Positions 27,993 through 36,805 of a stretch of DNA of 64,000 nucleotides are shown one piece after another (the first letter of the stretch is position 1; each line of letters begins with the position of its first letter). This stretch comes from Candidatus Thorarchaeota archaeon (GTDB taxonomy: Archaea > Asgardarchaeota > Thorarchaeia > Thorarchaeales > Thorarchaeaceae): assembly GCA_003345545.1 (NCBI GenBank), contig PRDH01000003.1, positions 17,413 through 81,412 of the forward strand. The letters run 5' to 3'. Below the pieces are notes generated by a model. The model was given only the letters and a program-made list of their open reading frames with translations. It was not told where the DNA came from and searched no databases. The translations under genes and the position numbers were made by a program.

Positions 27993-29571
27993 GGATATCA
28001 AATGCATCTATTGCCATGAACACTGCTCTAAAGGCGTATATTCTGAATGTGTAAGATGCCGCTCCCTCTACCATTCCATCAATCGCATTTCGCAAGATGG
28101 AAAGCGAATTAGAGCCGGAGGTGTCCAATAACGACGCAAGACTATCTAGGGTCAAGTAGTGGACACCATTCCCAGCAGCCAATGCTACATCATTGACAAG
28201 AACATCAAGAGACCCATAGATGTTGTCAGGCCTTCCAGAGACATCGGTAGCATTGCCGACATTCCCTAGGCGCATGGACCAGCGAGATCCCAGCCGTGCT
28301 ATCGAACTTGAATACGAATGAACAAGGTATTCACCTACATCGCCCTGCATCTCAAATGAAAAACGCGAGCGTTCACAAAGAACTGTGTAGTCGTCCCACA
28401 TGCCCATTGTAGGGACAGTCAGACCACACAATCTCATCGTCAATGTATCGCCATCCTGAGTGTCATCAACAACGAAGGGCTCCACCAAGACGCCAGCTTC
28501 CACTCCAGAAGAAACAATATCCGCATGCAACTGTGTTGCCTCATACTCTATAGCATTCAGGTCGACTGAGTACAGCGAAGTCCTCATGAGCCCGCTAAAT
28601 CCAATAAGATCGAGACTTCGAGTTTCAACCATTAGTGCCTGCCACTCCGGCCTTGAAAGAGTCATGTCAAAAATAATGCTGAGAGGCATATTGGCAATGT
28701 TTGCCAAAGTCACGTTCATCAGGTACGATAGCGATACTCTGTGATTCCTGTAGATGTCCTCAATCAGCTCAGTTGTGGCTAGAGCAGAGGAAGGATTCTC
28801 AGCAAGCACTTCACGACCAGGTGTGAGTGTGATGGAATATGAGATTTCAGTTTGGTTGATTTCCACCAACCAATCGCGTAATCTAGACCACGATAGCGTA
28901 TCGTTTTCGAGAACTCTAAAGTCGAGATTGAAGGAATTAGCGGATATGTTGGAGAGCAACTCCGTGGTTGGCAAGATATCTCGATATGGGTAATCGAAAC
29001 TCGACAGAGGCATACTTAGGGCGATCTGGGGAACTTGCTCTACGCTTGAAACAGCAATAGGATTCTGCCCCATCAATACAATAGATACAGGGAATGTCAG
29101 ACCTAGCAAATTGAGTAGCAAGATGTATGCCAGTCCTTTCTTTCCTGCCTGTCTAAGGCTGCTTTTGGGGCGGAATCGGCCCAAGAGGAAGATGACGGCT
29201 GCTGCGATGATATTGAGCAATAGGCAGATCACGAATCCTCTGATAAGACTAGACAACACACCGAAAAAAACTGAACAGATCACCAGGAAGACAAAATTCC
29301 AAGCAGCAATGCGTTCGCGATAATATGCAAGCGTCATCAGGGGGAGAAAGATCATCAAGGGAAGGATATAGAGGACGATCGGCAGCGAATCAACAAGCCC
29401 TACACCACTCAGGGTCATGCTCAATGTCACCGATAACATCACATAAAGAATAAGAATCACATTCACTGCCAAAACCATTGTAACGAAGAGATGCAGAAAT
29501 CTATCATATCTCGTTGCGTAATTTATCTTTCTTCTAGCGCCTCTGCGTGCCTCGAGAATCTTGCTCATCAT
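27982..29571 (-). CDS. Hypothetical membrane protein (about 5 N-terminal TM plus a large extracytoplasmic domain)
   Basis: Hydrophobic N-terminal third, then an acidic domain with sequons. Likely start MMSKILE. Confidence 0.65.
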   Translation of the reverse strand: MMSKILEARRGARRKINYATRYDRFLHLFVTMVLAVNVILILYVMLSVTLSMTLSGVGLVDSLPIVLYILPLMIFLPLMTLAYYRERIAAWNFVFLVICSVFFGVLSSLIRGFVICLLLNIIAAAVIFLLGRFRPKSSLRQAGKKGLAYILLLNLLGLTFPVSIVLMGQNPIAVSSVEQVPQIALSMPLSSFDYPYRDILPTTELLSNISANSFNLDFRVLENDTLSWSRLRDWLVEINQTEISYSITLTPGREVLAENPSSALATTELIEDIYRNHRVSLSYLMNVTLANIANMPLSIIFDMTLSRPEWQALMVETRSLDLIGFSGLMRTSLYSVDLNAIEYEATQLHADIVSSGVEAGVLVEPFVVDDTQDGDTLTMRLCGLTVPTMGMWDDYTVLCERSRFSFEMQGDVGEYLVHSYSSSIARLGSRWSMRLGNVGNATDVSGRPDNIYGSLDVLVNDVALAAGNGVHYLTLDSLASLLDTSGSNSLSILRNAIDGMVEGAASYTFRIYAFRAVFMAIDAFDILML

Positions 29572-29689
29572 TAGTTCCCACAAAATCAGAACTCTCCAGA
29601 TAAGGTTAGGGTACGTAGATAAATGAACGAAACACACCCAACCGTTAAGATGAAGTGGATGTCATGAGTCCCATTACTGGTCATTCCTC

Positions 29690-30883
29690 ATGTTTGATGT
29701 AGCGGTTATTGGTGCGGGTCCCGCAGGATCCACAGCCTCGCGATACTTGGCAAAGCAAGGGCTGAAGGTGTGCATCATAGACAAAGATACATTTCCGAGG
29801 AACAAACCCTGTGGGGGTGGATTCGCACAAGGGCTCTTGGATGATTTCCCCTATCTGAAGAAGAGAGCAGATGAGTTTCTCAAGGGCATCGCTAGACTGG
29901 GCATTCTACACTCTCCGAATCTACATATCGCGCTCTCGGGCAAAGTGGAAATGGCCATGACGTTGAGAACTGATTTTGACAATGTGCTTCTTGAGAGCGC
30001 TCTGGAGCAGGGTGCAGCTTCTTACATTGGTTCGCGGGCAAGGCACATTACAATTAGACCAGGTTCTTCAAAGGTCGAGCTCGCCAATGGTAACTCCATT
30101 AAGTCATGCATGATTGTTGGAGCAGACGGAGTTTCCAGCATCGTTGCACGTGAGTCAGGCCTTCAGCGTAGCTGGCCCAAGAGCAAAATAACTGCTTGCC
30201 GTGTTGCCGAGGTGCCAGCTAAGCAGGACGAAATCATTGACAGATACACAGAAGACCTGCAATACCATTTCTATGCCAGCTTTGGCGGACTACCAGGATA
30301 TGGATGGATCTTTCCAAAACGAGAAACAATCAATGTAGGTCTAGGAATCGTTGGCGCTCATGCACGTGGACTACCTACAATATTCGAAACATTTGTTCGG
30401 TATCTAAAGAGTGAGAATCTTCTCGCGAGAGATGCAGACCTCTCATCAGTCAGGGGAGCTCTTGTCCCAACAGGGGGACCTGCGAAGAAGACAGTCAGCG
30501 ACGGCTGCCTTATTGTCGGAGATGCGGCAGGTATGGTAGACCCCCTGACTGGAGGAGGAATTGCCTATGCCATGAGGGCTGGTCGTCATGCATCGAGAGC
30601 GATTGCTACTGCTTTCGACAATGGGCTGGAGCATGAAACTCTCTTGAAGTACGAGCAGTCATGGAAGAACGATTTTGGAAAGGACTTCAAGGGTCACTTG
30701 CTTGCACAGAAGGTCATCACGAGCCCCTTTACAGACCTGTTCTTTGAGATAGGGCGACGTGATGAACTGATTCAAAAGATGGTGTCTGAGTCCATGGATA
30801 ATTCCTCTAAAAGCAAAATCGATACAAGGAACTTGGTCCTGCGAACTCTACTTGTCTGTCTACGCGGAGCCCTAGGGATATAG
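29690..30883 (+). CDS. Geranylgeranyl reductase family FAD oxidoreductase
   Basis: GAGPAGS, KPCGGG, GADG, GYGWIFPK, VGDAAG.VDPLTGGGI. Confidence 0.9.
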   Translation: MFDVAVIGAGPAGSTASRYLAKQGLKVCIIDKDTFPRNKPCGGGFAQGLLDDFPYLKKRADEFLKGIARLGILHSPNLHIALSGKVEMAMTLRTDFDNVLLESALEQGAASYIGSRARHITIRPGSSKVELANGNSIKSCMIVGADGVSSIVARESGLQRSWPKSKITACRVAEVPAKQDEIIDRYTEDLQYHFYASFGGLPGYGWIFPKRETINVGLGIVGAHARGLPTIFETFVRYLKSENLLARDADLSSVRGALVPTGGPAKKTVSDGCLIVGDAAGMVDPLTGGGIAYAMRAGRHASRAIATAFDNGLEHETLLKYEQSWKNDFGKDFKGHLLAQKVITSPFTDLFFEIGRRDELIQKMVSESMDNSSKSKIDTRNLVLRTLLVCLRGALGI

Positions 30884-30982
30884 AGGAATTGCCGTTGTCG
30901 AGAATCTATAAGAAGGAATAAATGATGGTACTCGCCTGTAATTGCATTCCGTTTCTCAAAATGCAAGAGAGGCGACTAAGCT

Positions 30983-32656
30983 TTGGAAAGACCATGGTAC
31001 AAAAATTACGTTGAAGGTACTCCAAGAGAGATTAAGATTCCCGAAGGACCGCTTTGGAGAGGTCTCGATGATGCAGTCAAGAATTATCCTGATAACATCG
31101 CGCTCTTTTTTGAAGGAGTCAAAATCACATATCGCGAACTAGGAGAGCTTGTAGATAGAGCAGCAAATGGCTTCGCGAAGTTGGGAGTGAAGAAGGGGGA
31201 CTCTGTGGCAATCATGCTCATCAACTGTCCCCAGTTCGTGATATCATACTTTGGTGTACTGAAGTGTGGAGCAATAGTCACGCCAGTGAATCCCTTGGCT
31301 GTGCCCAAAGAATTGAGAATCTACCTGCAGGATACAAAGGCCAAGGTCATTGTTGTTCTTAATTTCTTCTACGGAGTCGTTGAGGCTGTACGTGCAGAGT
31401 CAAGCATTGAGAAGGTCATAGTCGCTGCCGGGTGGGACATGATGTCCAAGATCAAACAGATTCTGGCACCCAAGACCGTCTACAAGAAAGAGATGAAGCA
31501 TGTTCCTCCGCTTCGCGAAGGGGACATTCTCTGGAATGATTTCATCACGAGTGCAGTCCCGGAACCACCAGAAGTCAAGATAGATCCAGCTAAGGATATC
31601 GCAGTCTATCAGTTTACCGGTGGAACAACGGGAATCCCGAAGGCCGCAATGCTTACCCATAACAATCTGAAGGCAAATTGCGAGCAGTGCGGAGCATGGA
31701 TGGAGTGGATGGCTGAGCGTGGAAAAGAATCGTTTATTGCTGCACTTCCGCTTCAACATATTTTCGGACAGACAATCTCCATGAACTTGGCAATTGCCTG
31801 GGGGAGCACAATAATCTTGGTGCCAAATGCTAGGGACATTAAGCACCTCCTAGAACTCATACACAAACAACGACCAACATTCTTCCCAACAGTATCGACA
31901 CTAGCCATTGCCATATACAGTCATCCTGATGCCAAGAAATACGATTTGACTTCACTGAAACTCTCTATTGCAGGCGCGATGGCATTACCGCCCGAGGTGA
32001 CACGAAGATTCGAGGAAGTCACAAACTCAATCATCATTGAAGGCTACGGGCTAAGTGAGGCTAGTCCTGTCACACACGCCAATCCGCTGGATAAGAAAAC
32101 AAGGAGAATTGGTTCAATTGGTCTGCCATTCCCAAGTACAGACTGCAAGATTGTTGATCTAGATGATCGGTCAAAGGACTTGCCAGTTGGAGAGGTTGGA
32201 GAGCTTGCTGTGAAAGGGCCCCAGATAATGAAAGGGTATCACAACCGTCCCGATGAAACCGCTGATGTCCTTTCAAAGGATGGATGGCTGTACACAGGAG
32301 ACATCGCCAAACTCGACAAGGATGGGTGGACATATATCGTTGACCGCAAGAAGGACCTAATCAATGCGAGTGGCTTCAAGGTTTGGCCTAATGAAGTCGA
32401 AGAAGTCCTCTTCGAACATCCGAAGGTACGCGAGGCTGCGGTCATCGGTATTCCTGACGAAACAAGAGGAGAAACCGTCAGGGCATTTGTCGTACTACAA
32501 CCCGGCCAGACTGCCACAGTTGATGAAATCAGGGCATTCTGCAAGGAGAAGATGTCCGCATACAAAGTACCCACTCATGTTGAATTTGTTGAGTTCCTAC
32601 CCAAAACGCAGGTAGGCAAAATCCTACGAAGAGAGCTTCGCGGAACGAAAGAATAA
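30983..32656 (+). CDS. Long-chain fatty acid-CoA ligase (FadD-like)
   Basis: FTGGTTGIPK, EGYGLSEASP, GWLYTGD, DRKKDLI, PKTQVGKILRR. Confidence 0.93.
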   Translation: MERPWYKNYVEGTPREIKIPEGPLWRGLDDAVKNYPDNIALFFEGVKITYRELGELVDRAANGFAKLGVKKGDSVAIMLINCPQFVISYFGVLKCGAIVTPVNPLAVPKELRIYLQDTKAKVIVVLNFFYGVVEAVRAESSIEKVIVAAGWDMMSKIKQILAPKTVYKKEMKHVPPLREGDILWNDFITSAVPEPPEVKIDPAKDIAVYQFTGGTTGIPKAAMLTHNNLKANCEQCGAWMEWMAERGKESFIAALPLQHIFGQTISMNLAIAWGSTIILVPNARDIKHLLELIHKQRPTFFPTVSTLAIAIYSHPDAKKYDLTSLKLSIAGAMALPPEVTRRFEEVTNSIIIEGYGLSEASPVTHANPLDKKTRRIGSIGLPFPSTDCKIVDLDDRSKDLPVGEVGELAVKGPQIMKGYHNRPDETADVLSKDGWLYTGDIAKLDKDGWTYIVDRKKDLINASGFKVWPNEVEEVLFEHPKVREAAVIGIPDETRGETVRAFVVLQPGQTATVDEIRAFCKEKMSAYKVPTHVEFVEFLPKTQVGKILRRELRGTKE

Positions 32657-32664
32657 ACAAATTG

Positions 32665-32699
32665 TGAGCCGGAAGGCATCCAGAGCTCTTCCGGTCTCA
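32665..32699. terminator. Hairpin between convergent genes
   Basis: CCGGAAG (32669-32675)/CTTCCGG (32688-32694) stem extended by TGAG/CTCA, with a pyrimidine-rich tail. Confidence 0.5.
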
Positions 32700-32710
32700 T
32701 TCTCTCTTCT

Positions 32711-33271
32711 TCACTCACTCGATTGAAAAGAATCTGTTTCAAAATCCTCTATGAGGGCTTGAACTTCGGGCCTTCCCAGCAATTTCCGCCGGGTTTCAGA
32801 CATGTTATTGATAACACATGCGATGCCAACGACTGATGCACCCACACTTTCTACGAATTTCTTGACCGCCAGTACGGTGGTACCTTGTCGTAACCAGTCA
32901 TCCACAATGACTACCCGATCACCAGGGTCTATAGATTCCGAAACGATTGTCAGTTTTCTATCAGCATATCGACTGAAAGGAAACACCTCTACTTGTCGAT
33001 CATAGTCATCAGGAATGTAGAATATTGAACGTGCAGGAACGATTCCGCAGCCCATGTAGTAGGCGATAGCACTGCCCAAAGCGATACCACGTTGTTCAAT
33101 GCCAATTACCTTGTTTGGCTTTACCTCTAGTAGCGGTTTTGCAAGTTCTACAACTGCTTGGTGGAACACATCGGGATGCTCAAGCAGCCTGCTGATATCG
33201 CAAACTGCCTTTCCAGGGGTTGGCCAGTCCTTGATCACCTCAACGTAGTTTCTAAAATCCATGTCAGCCAT
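32711..33271 (-). CDS. apt: Adenine phosphoribosyltransferase-like type I PRTase (variant motifs)
   Basis: DWPTPG..DISRLL, GIEQRG, PRPP loop VVIVDDWLRQGTT. Confidence 0.7.
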   Translation of the reverse strand: MADMDFRNYVEVIKDWPTPGKAVCDISRLLEHPDVFHQAVVELAKPLLEVKPNKVIGIEQRGIALGSAIAYYMGCGIVPARSIFYIPDDYDRQVEVFPFSRYADRKLTIVSESIDPGDRVVIVDDWLRQGTTVLAVKKFVESVGASVVGIACVINNMSETRRKLLGRPEVQALIEDFETDSFQSSE

Positions 33272-33404
33272 CGCTCCGTTGTCAGAGCCATCTCCAAGCA
33301 AGACTTAATCCTTTCGTTACTGATGTGAATCGCAGCTTTTCCGATACCAGACGCGAAACAGTTAATTTGCGAAATCTATTATTCTAGATTGGGAGTCTGG
33401 TCAT

Positions 33405-34748
33405 TTGATAGTACCCGGAACAACTATCTCACTTACGCTGATGCCCACGTATATCGAGGTAAGAGACAAAGGCGTTATCAAAAAGAAAATACCACTGAAA
33501 GCTAGGTCCTTTGAAGATATTTCACTGGAGCTCCAGAAGTACTTCAGATATCTGAGCAAACGACTTGCGCCTGGAGTACTGGATGAAACACTAGTCAGAA
33601 TCGGTCTCCCCAGAGCTCGAAGGATTCTCCATGAGCCTGAACCTGAGCCTGAATCAACCATCGAAGAACCTGTCATTGAAGCTGCCAAAGCACCAAGCGC
33701 ACCACAGAGATTCGAGGAACCTCCAGCAGAAACAAAGGAACATCCCAAAAAGAAAGGCAGGAAGAAGGGCACGAAGGAAAAGGCTGCAGTTCCTCCTACG
33801 CAGAGCCAGGGTACTAGTGCCGATGAGAAGGGAGTGATTCTGTCAAAGGACTTCGATGATATAGCAGATGCTCTTGAGGCAGTCGAAGCACTGAGTGACT
33901 CGTTTATGGCTGGGGCCAAGGAGCCCCATAGGAATGAAAAACAGGCACAAATCAGTATCAATGTTGAGGGACAGGAGGAAATCGTCGCCTCTGGAAGCAC
34001 GTATGTCCGAGCACCTGAAAACGTAAGAGGACCGGAAAAAGAGACTGTCACAACAGAAGAACCGGAGTTTGTTGAGATTGTTGCTGAAACCATTGGTGAA
34101 GAGATACTCCCAAAGGCAGCAGAAGAAATATCGCTCCCTGTCACGCCTGCTCATCAGATAAAGCCGATTACAGAATGCAAAGCCCTACTTCTGGGAGAAA
34201 CAGGAGTTGGCAAACGATGCCTGAGTGCCAAGGCTGGGATTATGTCGCTTGTTATTAACGAAGAAACGAATGAGGTATCCCCATATATCTATAACAGAGT
34301 CTTCGAAGGCGCGAACCACAGAATCAGTCTGAATACTTGGTCATTTGACCTGGCAGTGAAATCCAAACTGCCGAGGAAGGAGTTCTATTCTAATGCCCAA
34401 GTGATAATCGTCGTCTACGCCGCGTCCGATCGATGGTCCTTCGAAAGCATAGATTTCTGGCTAAGAGAAGCGTCAATTTCATGTGAAAACAACTTGCCAA
34501 TTGTAATTGTTGGAAACAAAATTGACCTGCGTACAGAAGGCGGAGATGATTCAGGCGAGGAGCACGTGAGCCACGAAGAAGGATTTCAATTCGCTGAAGA
34601 ATTAGCAAAGAGGTTTTCTACGAGGCAGGGGCTCCATCCCGTGGCCTTCATTGAAACATCATGCTTGACAGGGGAGAATATAGAGAGCGTATTCAAGACT
34701 GCTGCAGGCCTCTTCGAGAACAGCCTACAAAAGCTGACCGCGCAGTAA
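33405..34748 (+). CDS. Rab/Ras-like small GTPase domain with long acidic/Pro-rich N-terminal extension (probable pseudo-GTPase)
   Basis: LLLGETGVGKR (G1), VGNKIDL (G4), IETSCLTGENIESVF (G5). G3 reads TWSFD. Confidence 0.8.
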   Translation: MIVPGTTISLTLMPTYIEVRDKGVIKKKIPLKARSFEDISLELQKYFRYLSKRLAPGVLDETLVRIGLPRARRILHEPEPEPESTIEEPVIEAAKAPSAPQRFEEPPAETKEHPKKKGRKKGTKEKAAVPPTQSQGTSADEKGVILSKDFDDIADALEAVEALSDSFMAGAKEPHRNEKQAQISINVEGQEEIVASGSTYVRAPENVRGPEKETVTTEEPEFVEIVAETIGEEILPKAAEEISLPVTPAHQIKPITECKALLLGETGVGKRCLSAKAGIMSLVINEETNEVSPYIYNRVFEGANHRISLNTWSFDLAVKSKLPRKEFYSNAQVIIVVYAASDRWSFESIDFWLREASISCENNLPIVIVGNKIDLRTEGGDDSGEEHVSHEEGFQFAEELAKRFSTRQGLHPVAFIETSCLTGENIESVFKTAAGLFENSLQKLTAQ

Positions 34749-34854
34749 GGCTTCAAAAGCGCCACTGACTCAGAGAATTCATATAGTCGTCAGGCATGAC
34801 TATCAACGAACTAGACTCACTCCGAGATATCTAGCGCAGAGATGGTGACGGAAT

Positions 34855-35160
34855 TCGACAGAATTTTGTGAGAGCTGTGGCAAGGAAATGGATCCAATTG
34901 GGTCAGCCATCAGTCTAGAGGACAATTTCATCAACGATACTCGGCAAAGTCTTCACATTTGCACAGAATGCTTCAAGAAGCGTTTCAAGATAGTCACTAA
35001 AAAGAGCAGCGGTTATGGTGGTACCATCTATGAACTTGAAGAGCGCTCAACTCCAAGATTCGGATTGGGAAGTCAATCATTCAGTTGCCTGAAGTGCAAT
35101 TGGGTATCCTGGAATGAGGAAGGATTGAGAGCTCATATACGTAGATGTCATCCGCAGTGA
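34855..35160 (+). CDS. Small zinc-finger protein (CxxC..CxxC plus C2H2), start codon anomalous
   Basis: In-frame FCESCGK lies upstream of ATG 34888, then ICTECF and CLKC..HIRRCH. SD GGTGA points to TCG at 34855. Confidence 0.6.
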   Translation, partial: STEFCESCGKEMDPIGSAISLEDNFINDTRQSLHICTECFKKRFKIVTKKSSGYGGTIYELEERSTPRFGLGSQSFSCLKCNWVSWNEEGLRAHIRRCHPQ

Positions 35161-35808
35161 CTATCGATTCACTGCAAACTGACTGTTGTCTCTTATTATC
35201 TCATGACCTGATATTTTCAGACCAGGAATTCTTCGTGCAGCGCTCTCTAGCATTCCCATTCTGTATGTGGCAGTTCTTGGGCCCAGACCGTGAAGCCAGT
35301 CCAGTTGAGCCATATCGAGTTTCTTATTGGCAGAAAAATACACTTTTAGGTCCTCTGCTATTGCGCGGGACCTCTCTAGCATTGCTGCAGTGAGTCCGAT
35401 ACCAGGTGCAGCAAAACTGAGCAGTACCCAGATGAGGATCAGCGGATCAGCACCGAATTCTGCAGAGAAGAAAGCGAATCCAAAAAAGGTCGGACAAACC
35501 AAAGACAGTATCACAAGGATAAGTGAAATGTGTTGACTGGAGTCATCGCTTCCGAGGCCTGCCATGCCAATGATATCTTGGTCAGGAGGATAGAGGTAGA
35601 CAAGAACACTCCCAGATGTCAATCCAACAATGAGTGCGGATATAATAATTTGAAGCATGTATCCAAGGGTGCGGGTCTGCCATATAAGTGGGAAACTGAG
35701 AAGAGATTGTACAATCAGAGTGCCAGCAATGATCGCAGCACCAACAGCGAAACCCTGCCAGCTGAAGAATTCGTGTTTGTGGGCCATTATCTCATCAGAC
35801 AAAACCAA
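35161..35808 (-). CDS. Hypothetical 4-TM membrane protein
   Basis: Four hydrophobic helices and a soluble C-terminal tail. SD GAGGT precedes TTG. Confidence 0.7.
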   Translation of the reverse strand: MVLSDEIMAHKHEFFSWQGFAVGAAIIAGTLIVQSLLSFPLIWQTRTLGYMLQIIISALIVGLTSGSVLVYLYPPDQDIIGMAGLGSDDSSQHISLILVILSLVCPTFFGFAFFSAEFGADPLILIWVLLSFAAPGIGLTAAMLERSRAIAEDLKVYFSANKKLDMAQLDWLHGLGPRTATYRMGMLESAARRIPGLKISGHEIIRDNSQFAVNR

Positions 35809-36093
35809 GCAGACCTCTTACTATTCTATGGCTATGTAAGTCACTAATGGTGATAAAGTTAACTCATCAATCAAGCCGCTGTCACACCAAATAGCTCACT
35901 CTCATTCTAATGCCCACCTGCATTGTGGAGTTGAAACAATTACACAGATTCGATACGATTCCTACTGCATCGGTTTCGGATACCAGTTGATGCAAGCGGA
36001 ATAGTACAATTCTTGATACTTGGAAGCAGTCATTTATTAGCAACCGCGATACATGTTCCATTGTCGCAGTATGTTTCGTTCGAGCGGGTTGAG

Positions 36094-36795
36094 ATGAATA
36101 GCGATACCATTGTTGATGTACAAGACGTTTCCCGAGTCTATAGGATGGGGGAAATTGAAGTTCATGCACTGCGAGGAGTCTCGCTGCAGATTCAGCGAGG
36201 TCAAGCAATTGGCATCATGGGGCCAAGTGGCAGCGGCAAGACCACCCTTCTGAATCTTATCGGTGCCCTTGATAGGCCGACAAGGGGTAGGGTTGTCATA
36301 GATGATGTCGATATTACAGAGATGTCTGACGACGCGCTTACTACTGTTAGGCGAAATAAAATCAGTTATGTCTTCCAATTCTTCAATCTGCTGCCTGTAT
36401 TGACAGCCTATGAGAATGTGGAACTGCCACTGCTCATTGCAGGAGTGGTTGAAGACGCACGGAAAGAGCAAGTGGACCATTTGCTGTCCCTGGTCGGTCT
36501 CACTGAGAGGGCTGAACACCGACCAGACGAGTTGTCAGGCGGCGAACAACAGAGAGTCGCTATTGCTCGAGCTCTCGCCAAGCCAAAGGGTTCTGCTAGT
36601 TCCATCGTGGTCCTAGCAGACGAGCCGACTGGAGACCTAGACTACAACACTGGTAAAGAGATTCTGGATATTCTTGTATCGCTAACAAAGGGAGAGGGTG
36701 GAACGCTAATCACTGTGACGCATGATCCAGAAGTAGGCGAAAAGATGGACTATGTATACAGAATGCGCGACGGCCAGATTGAGAATCCTAAATGA
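36094..36795 (+). CDS. ABC ATPase, LolD/MacB/SalX family
   Basis: GPSGSGKT, LSGGEQQRVAIARAL, LADEPTGDLD, VTHD. Confidence 0.95.
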   Translation: MNSDTIVDVQDVSRVYRMGEIEVHALRGVSLQIQRGQAIGIMGPSGSGKTTLLNLIGALDRPTRGRVVIDDVDITEMSDDALTTVRRNKISYVFQFFNLLPVLTAYENVELPLLIAGVVEDARKEQVDHLLSLVGLTERAEHRPDELSGGEQQRVAIARALAKPKGSASSIVVLADEPTGDLDYNTGKEILDILVSLTKGEGGTLITVTHDPEVGEKMDYVYRMRDGQIENPK

Positions 36796-36805
36796 GGTGT
36801 GATTC

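Noticed and set aside
33401-34144. 247-aa Ser-rich minus-strand ORF
   Set aside because: It is the antisense shadow of the Glu-rich GTPase N-terminal extension.
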